DNA of 64,000 nt from positions 43,340 through 107,339 of the forward strand of contig NIVC01003280.1 of the NCBI GenBank assembly GCA_002269645.1, given 5' to 3'. A program made the position numbers and the translations under genes. Below, in pieces: positions 28,241 to 40,500 of the stretch (the stretch's first letter is position 1; each line of letters starts with the position of its first letter). Below the pieces are notes generated by a model, which had not been told where the DNA came from, did not search any database, and saw nothing but the letters and a program-made list of their open reading frames with translations. This stretch comes from Macrostomum lignano. Its lineage: Eukaryota.

Positions 28241-31200
28241 CTAATGCGAAAACATGTCTTTGCACGTTGCGCAACAAAAATCTGGATCGGTCGACCCTTC
28301 GACGCATTCTGTGTGATACCAACGAAGACAGGAGGGACATTCAATCTAGAAATGAAGGGGTGAGCGAAAATTAACCGCATTATGCAGTAATCGCAACTCG
28401 ACTGCATATTCGATCGACTGAATCTTAAGCTGGAGTTCAATCTGTATGACTGCTTTAAGCAATCTGCTTGGCAAAAGTGAAATTCGTAGTTAAAAAAATA
28501 AAAAAAGGAAAATGTCTCGTATTTTACCCAATTTATGCGACGACTAACGCCCGAAGCGTCAGGTTCTGTGTTGCTACAGGCTGAGCACTCTTCTTGCGTT
28601 CCTCCATAGCTGTAGGCCTGGATCACATTCCAAATATACTGTCTGTATCTTCCGAGAGCCGTCGGATTGTTCTTGAACCGGAGACCAGAACCAAGAGCTA
28701 ATGCCCTAGCGTACAGGCATACAAACACTCCGCAACTATGACCATCAGATTGCATTGTTCTCGACATTGTGGCCAGCTCATATGGCTTCGATGTGCTGCT
28801 GGTGAATACCGGAGCGCTTTGGTCAACAAATGCCATTATTCCATCGGAAGCCAATATGCGGCTAGAAAGTTAACAGAAATTTTTCAGATTTGCCACATCA
28901 GTACTTAAGTTCACTTTTATTTATTCTCTGGACATGTACACAAACTATTGTACTCACTTCCATTTGCGAATTAGAACATTAAACTCCTGCTTCTCTTGCG
29001 CATTACGCCGAATCGAATCCAGCACAAAGACCTTTCGTTCAACGCCGCAAATAACGATCAAGTAGAAATGCCCGCTGTTTAAAATAGGCACGATTATTTG
29101 ATTCAGGCCCTGCAACATCAAGAGAGCAAATAATTTTATACCTCAAATTGGTGCATGCGTAAGATTTTCATTGAGAATTCAGTACAAGTGTACAAATTTA
29201 TTTCGCATCAAAAACGACATTATTGTTTCATTAATAGAACTTGCCTTCCATCCGAGAGTTCTTCTCAGCAAGTTCTGGACTCCATCGTTGAACTCATCTC
29301 CTGATAGATTCAATATGTAGTAAAAGTCGCCCTCACTTATTACAATCCTTTGGGCGTTGTTCGATGTGATAGCAGTGTAATAGGCCAATAAAATCTATCG
29401 CGAGTAACGCAAGAGGGACAGGAAAAGATAATAGTGAAAATAGGTCATAAGTCAACTGAATTTTCTATTGTATTCATGAAAATACTTACCGTGTAGTCTA
29501 ACAGGTTGCTTCCCAACAAACTTTGACGATGCTCTTGCGTTACGGGAATATCCGTTCCAGAGCCAGGAAGGGTGAAGAGAATCTGGCTATTATCGCTTTG
29601 CACCGTTCTTCCTTTCTGCCGCGTGCTCCTCTTGCTTTGCCACCTGCTTCTACTGTTATCTGCGGTTCCATTTTGACTGGAATTTTTATTGGGTCTGTTC
29701 TTGCCAGCTGTGCATCCCGGATGTTTTGATTGAGGGTTGCTCTGTTGTGACTGACTGCTACTCTTTTCCGTTTCGTCAGGATCGGCGACATTAGCAAAAT
29801 ACTGATTGCTACTAGTATCTGAGTATCTTGAACGCTTGCTATTTCTCGACCTTTTTTGCCAACCTTCAGTTGCAGCTTCTTCTGAGATTGATGACTTCCT
29901 TTTTCTGCAAAAACTTGGAGCAGGTACTTTGCTCGAGATGGTGCACTCTGAAACTCTACGAAGTACAAAGGGTACATAATTCTCTACGAAGGTACTCAGC
30001 CTGGACTTGGTGGTAAATCGACTTTTCACAGAAGAAAACCAACTCTCCACATGAGCATTTGAGTAAAAAGACTTTGAATTTTTAGCAATCAAATGATTCC
30101 ATGTAAATATAGCCCATAGAGGGAGGATGGACAGGTGTATCTAAGCAAGAAAAAGTTTATCAATCGAGGGTTGTAGAATTCATTATCTGTCAGATGCGAA
30201 CGACCGGTTTTATGCGCGAGAGTATTTTGAATTGAGGTAAATTCCTTTTTAAAGTATTCGTAGAATGGCGAATTTTTCAGTATCGCGTCACCTTCTGCGT
30301 TCATACTTGCATGATCCTTGTCTTGAAGTATAAATGAGTCTTTGTTGGTTGATTCGGAATACTCTGGAACATGGCCATCTCTCAGAAAATTTGCTACCCT
30401 AGTTCTAGCAGCAACGGTTTGCTCGGCATACGGAGATCCAAATATAATAAGCGTGTCCATGATGAAGTTGACGGATAGTTTTTGCGTACTGGAATACTGA
30501 ATTAAAGAAAATAACTTCAAAAATAGCTGACGGCTTCGCTGGTTCAAAGAGTGTTTTTTGCAGTGGTCCGAAATCGACTTTATAATATGATTGCTACACA
30601 GAAAAACGCCATATTGAATCTCGCTAGGGGTGTCCGTAATAAAGTAATTGTAATGCATTTGGATGTACGTTGTCACGTCCGTGTGGTGGAAGTCTAAGCA
30701 TGAATGAATTTGCGTCCATGAAAAGTCGGAAATAAAAAGAATATTTAGGTCAACAGAAAAAGGTGAGTTTACACAGTGCAGAATTCTATGGCGGAGGAGT
30801 TTTAGAAAGTGAGAAATGGATGCAACGTTATGGGAGTCTGTAATCATATTCCCAACTGGCGACGATGGAACAGAATCAGTAGCAGTTGTGATGACAGAAT
30901 AGAGTAGAACAGGATGAGGTGAACAGTTTTTTTCTATTAACGAGCCAGTAGCGTCGATATGCAGCACTGTTGGAGTACGAGCTGACATAATTGCTCTAAG
31001 AAGCTGTATTTCAAGATTGGACAATAATACAACACGTAGTGGATCTAAACTACGCTCCATTATGACGCCAGGAAAAATCGGATGCGGATATCGAAGCTTA
31101 AAAATGTCTTGTAGACCTCCAAGCTCAACAAAAAGAACAGAGTGTAACCTCTCGTCTTTCTCCATTTTACTTTTTAAATTATACATCACAGTTTTGGTTT

Positions 31201-32096
31201 TGCACGCATCAAAGTTGCACGACAGAATGAATGGTAAATTTTCGATCGCAAGAAAGCGTCTTCTGAATGCTTCAACGGCGCCGGCCTCTTTTATATCGTC
31301 GTAAATTTCACGTTTTTCTGATTCGGTCGTTCTACGAAAACAACTAGCCGTAGCATCTTGATGGTTTAACCTTCCCGTGATAATAACCTCCCAAGACCAT
31401 GTTGTTCCGTCAACACGTGGTGGTCTTCTCATTATTAAAGCGTAATTTCTTCTGCATCCTTCAATTTTGCATTCCGCTCTAATTGTCCAAAAATTCTGCT
31501 TACTTTTTCTTGAATTCTGCTTTCGAATGTGATTATAGCCCGTCATCCTCAAACAGCACGTAGCGACTTTTCGCATAGCACGGCAAACTGCTTCATTAAG
31601 AAAACTTTTTGAAAACGTATACTTTGGTCCAGATTGACTATCTTTCCACCGATAGGTTAATTTTGCAGATATCACTCTCCGATAGTTCGATCCGATTCTC
31701 CCCATTTTCATCAGAACTTTCCTCAACTTCTGGTGGTTGTTCGTTTGACGTCGATTGTGATGAGCTTGTAGCATTCAAATCTACTTGTATACGCGTTGTT
31801 CTCTCTTCTCTATTCTCTGCGTTGTAAAAATCTTCGCTTTTCTGTCCATCGTCGTTTTCTACTATAGGGTCGCTGGGTTCATAAATTGTTTCATCAGCCT
31901 GACGTCTCCCGTTTAACGTTGAATGTTTTTGGCCAGCTGTATTATATGCACGTCTATTTTTTGATCTCTGAGCTTTCTTTCCTTGGACTTTTCCATTCGG
32001 TTTATTTTTCTTGCTCTTCTGGCTACATGCACTGTTGGAACGTCCTGCAGCATCAGTCGTCTCAGTTGACTGGGGTACATGTAGCGACCTATTCAT
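28241..32096 (-). pseudogene. Spliced MULE/NOF-type DDE transposase-Ulp1 (C48) protease-PHD finger fusion, with two apparent frameshifts
   Basis: Exon 1 ~32096-29490 (frameshifts near 31640 and 30135), then 29394-29245 (GC donor), 29109-28958, 28861-28528 and 28345-28241 (TAG); junctions are phase-compatible. DDE motifs: LHIDATG (D ~30955), FISDFSW (D ~30726), LCSNH (CxxH), NAHVESWF (E ~30046). Ulp1 motifs: IIVPILNSGHFYLIVI, VFVLDS, QSDGHSCGVF. PHD C4HC3: CSAC...WIECPSCLRWYHTEC...FCCATC. Confidence 0.88.
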
Positions 32097-32829
32097 TAGA
32101 CCCCAAAGATATACCCGCGATCGCAGTCGGTTTCGAATTTTGAGTGCCCGACATAAGAACACATAAAGTGGTGTAGAGTGACGAAAGCCAGTTGGAGGAG
32201 GATAAATTCTACTGGCTTCTACCAGGACAGATTGAGCCTAAAATAGGAATAACTCATTTAAAATTACGGATAAAGATCCAGTTTCGACATTGCATGCATT
32301 CAGAAAGTTATTAAACTGCAAATACCTGCTCTTTTGATGGCAGTCCAAAACAGAAAGTTACTAGAATTGTGGTCAGTACTACGAAGAAAAATACGAGTCC
32401 ACGAGTCCACATATTTGAGAAATTCAATGGTCAGTTAAGTTATTGCTTATATAGAATCTAGTATTCGTTCAAGAGAAAATGAGAAAATTTACTTAGAATT
32501 GAAATTAAAGAAGCAACTAGTAAGTGGGACGCAGGGACCAAGCGTGCAGGTCTACATTTATCAGAGATTAAACTAAAAGAGAGGGGTGGGGAGTGTGCTG
32601 ATAGAAAAATAGGGGTGGGTGCGCGACTAAAGAAAGAGACGATAATAAATAGCCAATCAGAATGCAGCAAGGAAGAGAGATAGCTGGACAGAGAGGCAAA
32701 AACAGTAAACAGGACGAGTGCACATGAACTGAAGATAGATATAAGAAAGTAGCTACGCAATATAGGTTGTTAGACTGCTGGAGTGCAGTGGAGCTGGAGA
32801 TACACAAATTCCTCTCAGGGATGCAAATT

Positions 32830-33935
32830 GGAGGAGAAAGAAGAGAGATGAAATGAGGAGAAGAGAGAGTGGAAAGTAGAGATGAGAGAGATGAGATGAG
32901 ACAGAGAGAGGTAGAGAGAGAGAAGAGAGGAGATACGAGCTAGATGAGATATGAGAGAGGGAGGAGAGAGGAGAAAGTAGAGATGAGAGAGAAGAGAGTA
33001 GAGATTAGAGAGTGGAGAGAGAGGAGAGAAGAGATTGGAAGAGAGGAGTCATAAGAGGGGAAAGAAAATAGTACAGAGGAGAGATTTGAGAACATTTAAG
33101 AGTAAAGATAACAGAATAGAGAATGGAGATGATCGAGAGAGCAGATACGAGAGTGAACAGACGACAGATGGTAGAATAGAGAGAACAGCGGAGATAGAAG
33201 TGATAATAGAGAATCTATTACAGAGACGAAAGCAGAGAGGAGAGACAAAGGGAGAGAGAGAAGTGGAGTGAGGAAAGAGGAGAGAAGGTGGGAGAGAATC
33301 GAGAGCACAAGGAAGAGAGGGGAAAGGGAGAGACAGGGGAGAGGAGAGAAAAGAGAAGAACGGAGAGGGGAGAGAATAGAAAGGAGATGATAGATGAGAG
33401 AGCAGAGAACAGAGAGATGAGTGGAGAGATAAGAGCAAGGGAGAGAGAGATGGAGAGGAGAGGTGAGAGTAGTGTAGGAAGTTGAGAGAGGAGAGATGAT
33501 AAAAGGAGACTACAAATCAGATATGAGAGAGAGCATGAGGCAGGAAAGATATATTACAGAGGATTGAGACGAGAGAGGAGAGAGTAAAGAGATGATAGAA
33601 GAGATGAGAAACGAGAGCAGAGAGTAGAGAGAAGAGATCGGAGAGAGGAGAGAGAAGTGGGAAGTGGGAAGTGTCAAGAAAGAGGGGAGAGTGAGGAGTG
33701 AGAATTTAAACAGAGGGGAGAGAGAATAGAGAGTAGAGAGCAGAGATAAATGAGAAGAGATAAGAGAGCAGAAAAAAATAAGAGAAAGGAGCTGAGAGAT
33801 GATAAAGCTAAGACGAGACAGAAGAAAGATAAGGAGAGACAAGAAAAGAGGGGAGAGAGAAGAAATAAAGAAGAAAGGAAAAAAGAGATGAGATGAGATG
33901 TGAGGGAAAGGATGAGAGACGAGAGAAAAGAGAGG
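32830..33935. repeat. GA-rich low-complexity tract
   Basis: Degenerate (GA)n/(GAGA)n purine tract; generates the spurious L/S/F-rich and E/R-rich ORFs. Confidence 0.93.
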
Positions 33936-35419
33936 AAACAGTAGATAATTGACTGAAGTTTTAAAGGATCCTAGGGACGTAGGGAGGCGCAGGGGCAGAG
34001 GCCGGAGTTTGCCAATACTTGTTTTAAGACAGACATTGCCTGACATTCTTGGGCAACACCACAAGCCAACATGATTAATGCTTGCCTCAAATTCTAATTT
34101 TATACGAATGTACTCCACTTTTATTTTTAACTCTATCCTATAATTATTAACAAGTTCTGTTTAAGTATAACTTCAGATTTCGGAAAACAAACAAAAGTAT
34201 AGTTCCGGCTGGGATTGGAATTCCTATACAATGCATTATAAATACGAGCACCTTTAAAAATCTTGCCATTCCGCTTTGCGTGGTCTGATGGACTTGAAGT
34301 TTCACAGAGGTGTTTGTTTTGTGTGTAATAATTTTTCTGTAAATTTTCATGCAAATCCGAGCTGTACAAGTGTTACAAATGGGCATACATGTATATACAC
34401 TGTGCGCATATACAATGCATTATAAATACGAGCACCTTTTAAAATCTTGCCATTCCGCTTTGCGTGGTCCGATGGACTTGAAGTTTCACAGAGGTGTTTG
34501 TTTTGTGTGTAATAATTTTTCTGTAATTTTTCATGCAAATCCGAGCTGTACAAGTGAGTTTATTTTGTTGCATTTGTTAGAAATTGAATATCAATACGAA
34601 TATCTATGGGGAAACAGATACGTGTGTAAGAATACACCTTGGTGCTAAAGCCCCTGGTGCTTGAGCTGTGCTAACTGGTAGTCATAATAGTTCTGCGTAT
34701 TCAATTTGGCAAACCGAGAGGAAGATTTACGTATTCAAATTGTTTTGAGACAGGTATAGTAGGTTGACCAACCAACGAACCAAAGCAAGCACGATCTTTT
34801 ATATTTAATAGTCAGCTGTATCTGTCAGCTGACTCATTGATTATTTTCTAACTGAGAGGCCTTTTTAAACTATCAGTAACAAGTTCAAGTGTTCAATACC
34901 CGAGGGCGACACGACATTAAACATTGCAGCACTTCTGAAAAAAAATAGTTAGCTAACAGCCTCGCTCAGGTCTACATCTCCATTTCAACATGCCTTGATA
35001 TTGAAATTTTTTATTTTATCAATAATATAGTATCAGTATCCAATTATCCAGAAAGTTCTTGCACTTATCTTTTGGTTTTGTTTGCGCATAACTTTGGTTG
35101 TGTTTCACTTTATCTTTTATCTAGGCCCTAGGCCCTAATAATAATATAGAAATGTCAGTAGACCTATCTGATGCCATGCCCAAGCAGCCCAATGAATGGA
35201 AAATATAAAAAAATTTGCCACTTTTCAAATGAATTACATTATTCAGTCTAATCATTATTTAAACCATATAATTTTAGCAATGAAAATAAACCAACAAAAT
35301 CTAAAGTTGTGCTTGTGCTCTTTTGCTCAAAAATTTAAACTTGGCAATTTAGAAGTTGGGAATAGAGGCCTATCTAGCTTATTATAGCCTAAAAATCTTG
35401 CAACTATGCCTATCTAGTT

Positions 35420-36306
35420 GGTATCTAGTCAATCTGGCGACAAGACCATCTGGTGACAGACAATATGGCAACAGTCAATCCAGCAACATATATTAAATCA
35501 ATGTATATCAGCATATATATGGATTAGTTGAGCTATTATTTTTAGCTCTATTATTACCTATTAATACTTAAATAAATAAATTACAATTATATAATAAACT
35601 TTTATTTTTATAGCTATATGTAACTGTTGATTTTGAAAATGTTATTTTTAAAGACAATTAATCTATTTAGGTGCCTAATCTGCTTGGAAAGCAAGTTTGT
35701 ATGACTATGATCCAATATTGTTGTATATTGTATTTGCAACAATATTTGAAAGTTAAAGAACCAAAAAATTGCTATTCGCACTGCAACTTATATGTGTTAT
35801 TTGCCATGCTTAAAATACTATTCCATTCATACATGCGCAACAGTCAGCCAATCCGGCCGACCGATTTGGCGGCCAACCAAGGAGGTTGCAAAAATGCCCA
35901 CCCAAAAAAATACCCAAGTAGTAGTACTAAGTAGCTGACGAGGCATTTTGACTTAATAAGACAGTTATAGTTACTCCTGCCGTTTACCCAAAGTTGTGTT
36001 AATTTGCAGTTACTGTTTTTTACATGTAAGTCACATTTTTGGCCAAAAACTATGTCGCATTTTTGTTAAAACTAAGTCACATGGCTGACCGAATTTTGGA
36101 GGTGGTGCATGTATGATTCCATTTAATATAACAAATGCTACGTGGATAAGTTAATAGTATTACCTTAATAAATAATAATAAAAAGCTAAAAATAATAGCT
36201 CAATTATCCATATATATGCTGATAGATGTTGATTTAATATCTGTTACCAGATTGTTGCCAGATTAACTGTTGCTAGATTGTCTTGTTGCCAGACTGTCTG
36301 GAAGCC
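35420..36306. mobile_element. ~890-bp foldback-type MITE with sub-repeated TIRs
   Basis: Inverted arms at ~35420-35555 and ~36173-36306 (e.g. cagcatatatatggattagttgagctattatttttagct vs agctaaaaataatagctcaattatccatatatatgctg); the outer arms are built of short ctgg(c/t)(a/g)aca subunits. Flanks read atctagtt and atctagtc (7/8 TSD-like). Confidence 0.7.
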
Positions 36307-37044
36307 ATCTAGTCTAGGCCTATCTAGTTTTTGTCAAGCAACTGTTTGGCTAATAAAAAGTTCTTAACCAAAGACAAAAAGGAACTAAAAATAGGAGTAT
36401 GTGGGCTTATGTAGTTTTTATTAGCCAAAAAAGCCCATTTTTACAGATTGCCTTATAATAGGCCTAGCTAGGTTAGTAGTTCATTAGGCCTAGTAGGTTA
36501 TGCCTATGGTTGCTAGGGCCTATTAATTTTATAAGAGTTTGTTAAATAACTATTGATTTTATTAGCTTTAGGCTATTGTATTGCATTTATTTTATAAACT
36601 TAACAAAACCTTACATTTTAGGCCTAGCCTACTACCTAAGCATTTAAACTAACTGGAAATTTTAAAGATATTATCCCATGTAGTTTTGAATCAAATTAAT
36701 TTATTTTAGATATTTTTTTTTAATTATCAAATTTTTTTATAAACATGCTTAGTTATAAAATAAACAAGGTAGTAATAATAATATTAATAATAATAGGCAA
36801 TAAGTAATAGTAGCCTAAAGGGTTAGTATAAGTGCTTGCAAGCTAGGTTTTTTTGCTAGCACTAAGATGCAAAATCATATCTAAGGTCCAATTTTAGGAT
36901 GCAACTAGCAATCTTCGCCCCCCGATGGGGGACATCTGGATAGAATCTCTGTTCTCTACAATTAACAAAAAGACAGCCAAAAATCCTTCACAAAAGCAAC
37001 AGACAAACTGCTAAAATGAAGTGAATTGCAATAAGAAATCTTCC

Positions 37045-37480
37045 CAAGACCACAAGCATCCCCCAGATAGCAAGCATCCTCCAGATAGCAAGCATTCTCC
37101 CAGATAGCAAGCATTTCCCAGATAGCAAGCATCCCCAAGATAGCAAGCATCCTCCAGATAGCAAGCATCCCCAGATAGCAAGCATCCCCAGATAGCAAGC
37201 ATCCCCCAGATAGCAAACATCCCCAGATAGCAAGCATTCCCCAGATAGCAAGCATTCCGCAGATAGCAAGCATCCCCCAGATAGCAAGCATCACTCAGAT
37301 AGCAAGCATCCCTCAGATAGCAAGCATCCCCCAGATAGCAAGCATCCCCCAGATAGCAAGCATTCCCCAGATAGCAAGCATTCCCCAGATAGCAAGCATC
37401 CCCCAGAAAGCAAGCATCCTCCAAATAGCAAGCATCCCCAAGATAGATAGCATCCCCAAATAGCAACCATCCACCAGACA
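37045..37480. repeat. 17-19-bp minisatellite
   Basis: cagatagcaagcat(c/t)ccc. Confidence 0.95.
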
Positions 37481-37569
37481 ATAAGTAGCTAGAGCGACAA
37501 TTTCCTTAGCTTTATAGTGGCTCCTTTAAATTGGCATGGCGCTTTATACCTTTACATTTGAAATTGGAT

Positions 37570-40500
37570 ATCTTGAATGTTTGACATGGTGGCTATTTTA
37601 TGTTTGACATAGTGGCTCTTCTATGTTTGACATGGTGGCTCTTTTATGTTTGACATAGTGGCTCTTTTATGTTCGACATGGTGGCTCTTCTATGTTTGAC
37701 ATGGTGGCTTTTTTAGGTTTGACATGGTGGCTCTTTTATGTTTGACATGTTGACTTTTTTATGTTCGACACGGTGGCTTTTTAATGTTCGACATGGTGGC
37801 TCTTTTAGGTTTGAACCGGTGGCTCTTTAATGTTTGACATGGTGGCTCTTTAATGTTCGACATGGTGGCTCTTTTATGTTCGACATGGTGGCTCTTTAAT
37901 GTTTGACATGGTGGCCCTTTAATGGTTAACATGGCGGCTCTTTAATTTTCGAAATGGTGGCTCCTTAATTTTCGAAATGGTGGCTGTTTTATGTTTGACA
38001 TGGTGGCTCTTTAATGTTCGACATGGTGGCTCTTTAATGTTTGACATGGTGGCCCTTTAATGGTTAACATGGCGGCTCTTTAATTTTCGAAATGGTGGCT
38101 CCTTAATTTTCGAAATGGTGGCTGTTTTATGTTTGACATGGTGGCTCTTTAATGTTCGACATGGTGGCTCTTTAATGTTTGACATGGTGTCTGTTTTATG
38201 TTTGATATGGTGGCTCTTTAATGTTCGACATGGTGGCTCTTTAATGTTCGACATGGTGGCTCTTTAATGTTCGACATGGTGGCTCTTTAATTTTTAACAT
38301 GGTGACTCTTTTATGTTCGACATGGTGGCTCTTTTATGTTTGACATAGTGGCTCTTCTATGTTTGACATGGTGGCTCTTTAATGTTTGACATGGTGGCTC
38401 TATTATGTTTGACATGGTGGCTCTTCTATGTTTGACATGGTATGGTGGCTTTTTTAGGTTTGACATGGTGGCTCTTTTATGTTTGACATGTTGGCTTTTT
38501 AATGTTCGACATGGTGGCTTTTTAATGTTCGACATGGTGGCTCCTTTAGGTTTGAAATGGTGGCTCTTTAATATTTGACAAGGTGGCTCTTTAATGTTCG
38601 ACATGGTGGCTCTTTTAGGTTTGAACCGGTGGCTCTTTAATGTTTGACATGGTGTCTGTTTTATGTTTGACATGGTGGCTCTTTAATGTTCGACATGGTG
38701 GCTCTTTAATGTTCGACATGGTGGCTCTTTAATTTTTAACATGGTGACTCTTTTATGTTCGACATGGTGGCTCCTTAAGGTTTGAAATATTGGCTCTTTA
38801 ATGTTTAACATGGTGGCTTTTCTATGTTCGACATGGTGGCTTTTCTATGTTCGACATGGTGGCTCTTGTATGTTCGACATGGTGGCTCTTTTAATGGTCG
38901 ACATGGTGGCTCTTTAATGTTCTTCATGTTGGCTCTTTTATGTTTGACATGGTGGCTTTTTTATGTTTGACATGGTGGCTCTTTTATGTTCTACATAGCT
39001 GCTCTTTTATGTTCGACATTGTGGCTCTTGTATGTTCGACAGGGTCGCTCTTTTAGGTTTGAAACGGTGGCTCTTTAATATTTGACAAGGTGGCCCTTTA
39101 ATGTTTAACATGGCGGCTCTTAAATTTTCGAAATGGTGGCTGTTTTATATTTGACATGGTGGCTCTTTAATGTTCGACATGGTGGCTCTTTAATGTTCTT
39201 AATGGTGTCTGTTTTATGTTTGACATGGTTGCTCTTTTATGTTCGACATGGTGGCTCTTTAATTTTTAACATGGTAACTATTTTATGTTTGATATGGTGG
39301 CTCTTTTATGTTCGACATGGTGGCTCTTGTATGTTCGACATGGTGGCTTCTTTAGGTTTGAAATGGTGGCTCTTTAATATTTGACAAGGTGGCTCTTTAA
39401 TGTTCGACATGGTGGCTCTTTTAGGTTTGAAATGGTGGGTCTTTAATGCTTGACAATGTGGCTCTTTAATGTTTGACATGGTGGCTCTTTAATGTTCGAC
39501 ATGGTGGCTCTTTAATGTTTGACATGGTAACTCTTTTATGTTTGATATGGTGGCTCTTTTATGTTCGACATGGTGGCTCTTTAATGTTTGACATGGTGGC
39601 TCTTTAATGTTTGACATGGTAACTCTTTTATGTTTGATATGGTGGCTCTTTTATGTTCGACATGGTGGCTCTTGTATGTTCGACATGGTGGCTTCTTTAG
39701 GTTTGAAATGGTGGCTCTTTAATATTTGACAAGGTGGCTCTTTAATGTTTGACATGGTGGCTCTTTAATGTTTGACATGGTGGCTCTTTTAGGTTTGAAA
39801 TGGTGGCTTTTTAATGTTTGACAATGTGGCTCTTTAATGTTTGACATGGTGGCTTTTTAATGTTCGACATGGTGGCTCTTTTAGGTTTGAACCGGTGGCT
39901 CTTTAATGTTTGACATGGTGGCTCTTTAATGTTTGACATGGTGTCTGTTTTATGTTTGACATGGTGGCTCTTTAATGTTCGACATGGTGGCTCTTTTAGG
40001 TTTGAACCGGTGGCTCTTTAATGTTTGACATGGTGGCTCTTTAATGTTTGAAATGGTGGCTCTTTAATGTTCGACATGGTGGCTCTTTAATTTTTAACAT
40101 GGTGACTCTTTTATGTTCGACATGGTGGCTCCTTTAGGTTTGAAATATTGGCTCTTTAATGTTTAACATGGTGGCTTTTCTATGTTCGACATGGTGGCTT
40201 TTCTATGTTCGACATGGTGGCTCTTGTATGTTCGACATGGTGGCTCTTTTATGTTCGACATGGTGGCTCTTGTATGTTCGACAGGGTCGCTCTTTTAGGT
40301 TTGAAATGGTGGCTCTTTAATATTTGACAAGGTGGCCCTTTAATGTTTAACATAGCGGCTCTTAAATTTTCGAAATGGTGGCTCCTTAATTTTCGAAATG
40401 GTGGCTGTTTTAGGTTTGACATGGTGGCTCTTTAATGTTCTTAATGGTGTCTGTTTTATGTTTGACATGGTGGCTCTTTAATTTTTAACATGGTGGCTCT

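Larger units (their letters stand above)
26182..34624 (-). mobile_element. ~8.4-kb Mutator-superfamily (Rehavkus/FB-NOF-like) DNA transposon
   Basis: 199-bp inverted repeats at 26182-26380 and 34426-34624 (cacgtatctgtttccccatagatattcg...), plus a partial extra copy at 34226-34372, enclose the transposase-Ulp1-PHD gene. No TSD found, so the TIR-to-gene link is inferred from position. Confidence 0.7.

Noticed and set aside
33035-34118. E/R-rich and L/S/F-rich ORFs
   Set aside because: Products of a GA-rich low-complexity tract.
26170-34640. Target-site duplication around the Mutator-like element
   Set aside because: Flanks acatctccg and tgtaagaat do not match at any length from 2 to 10 bp.
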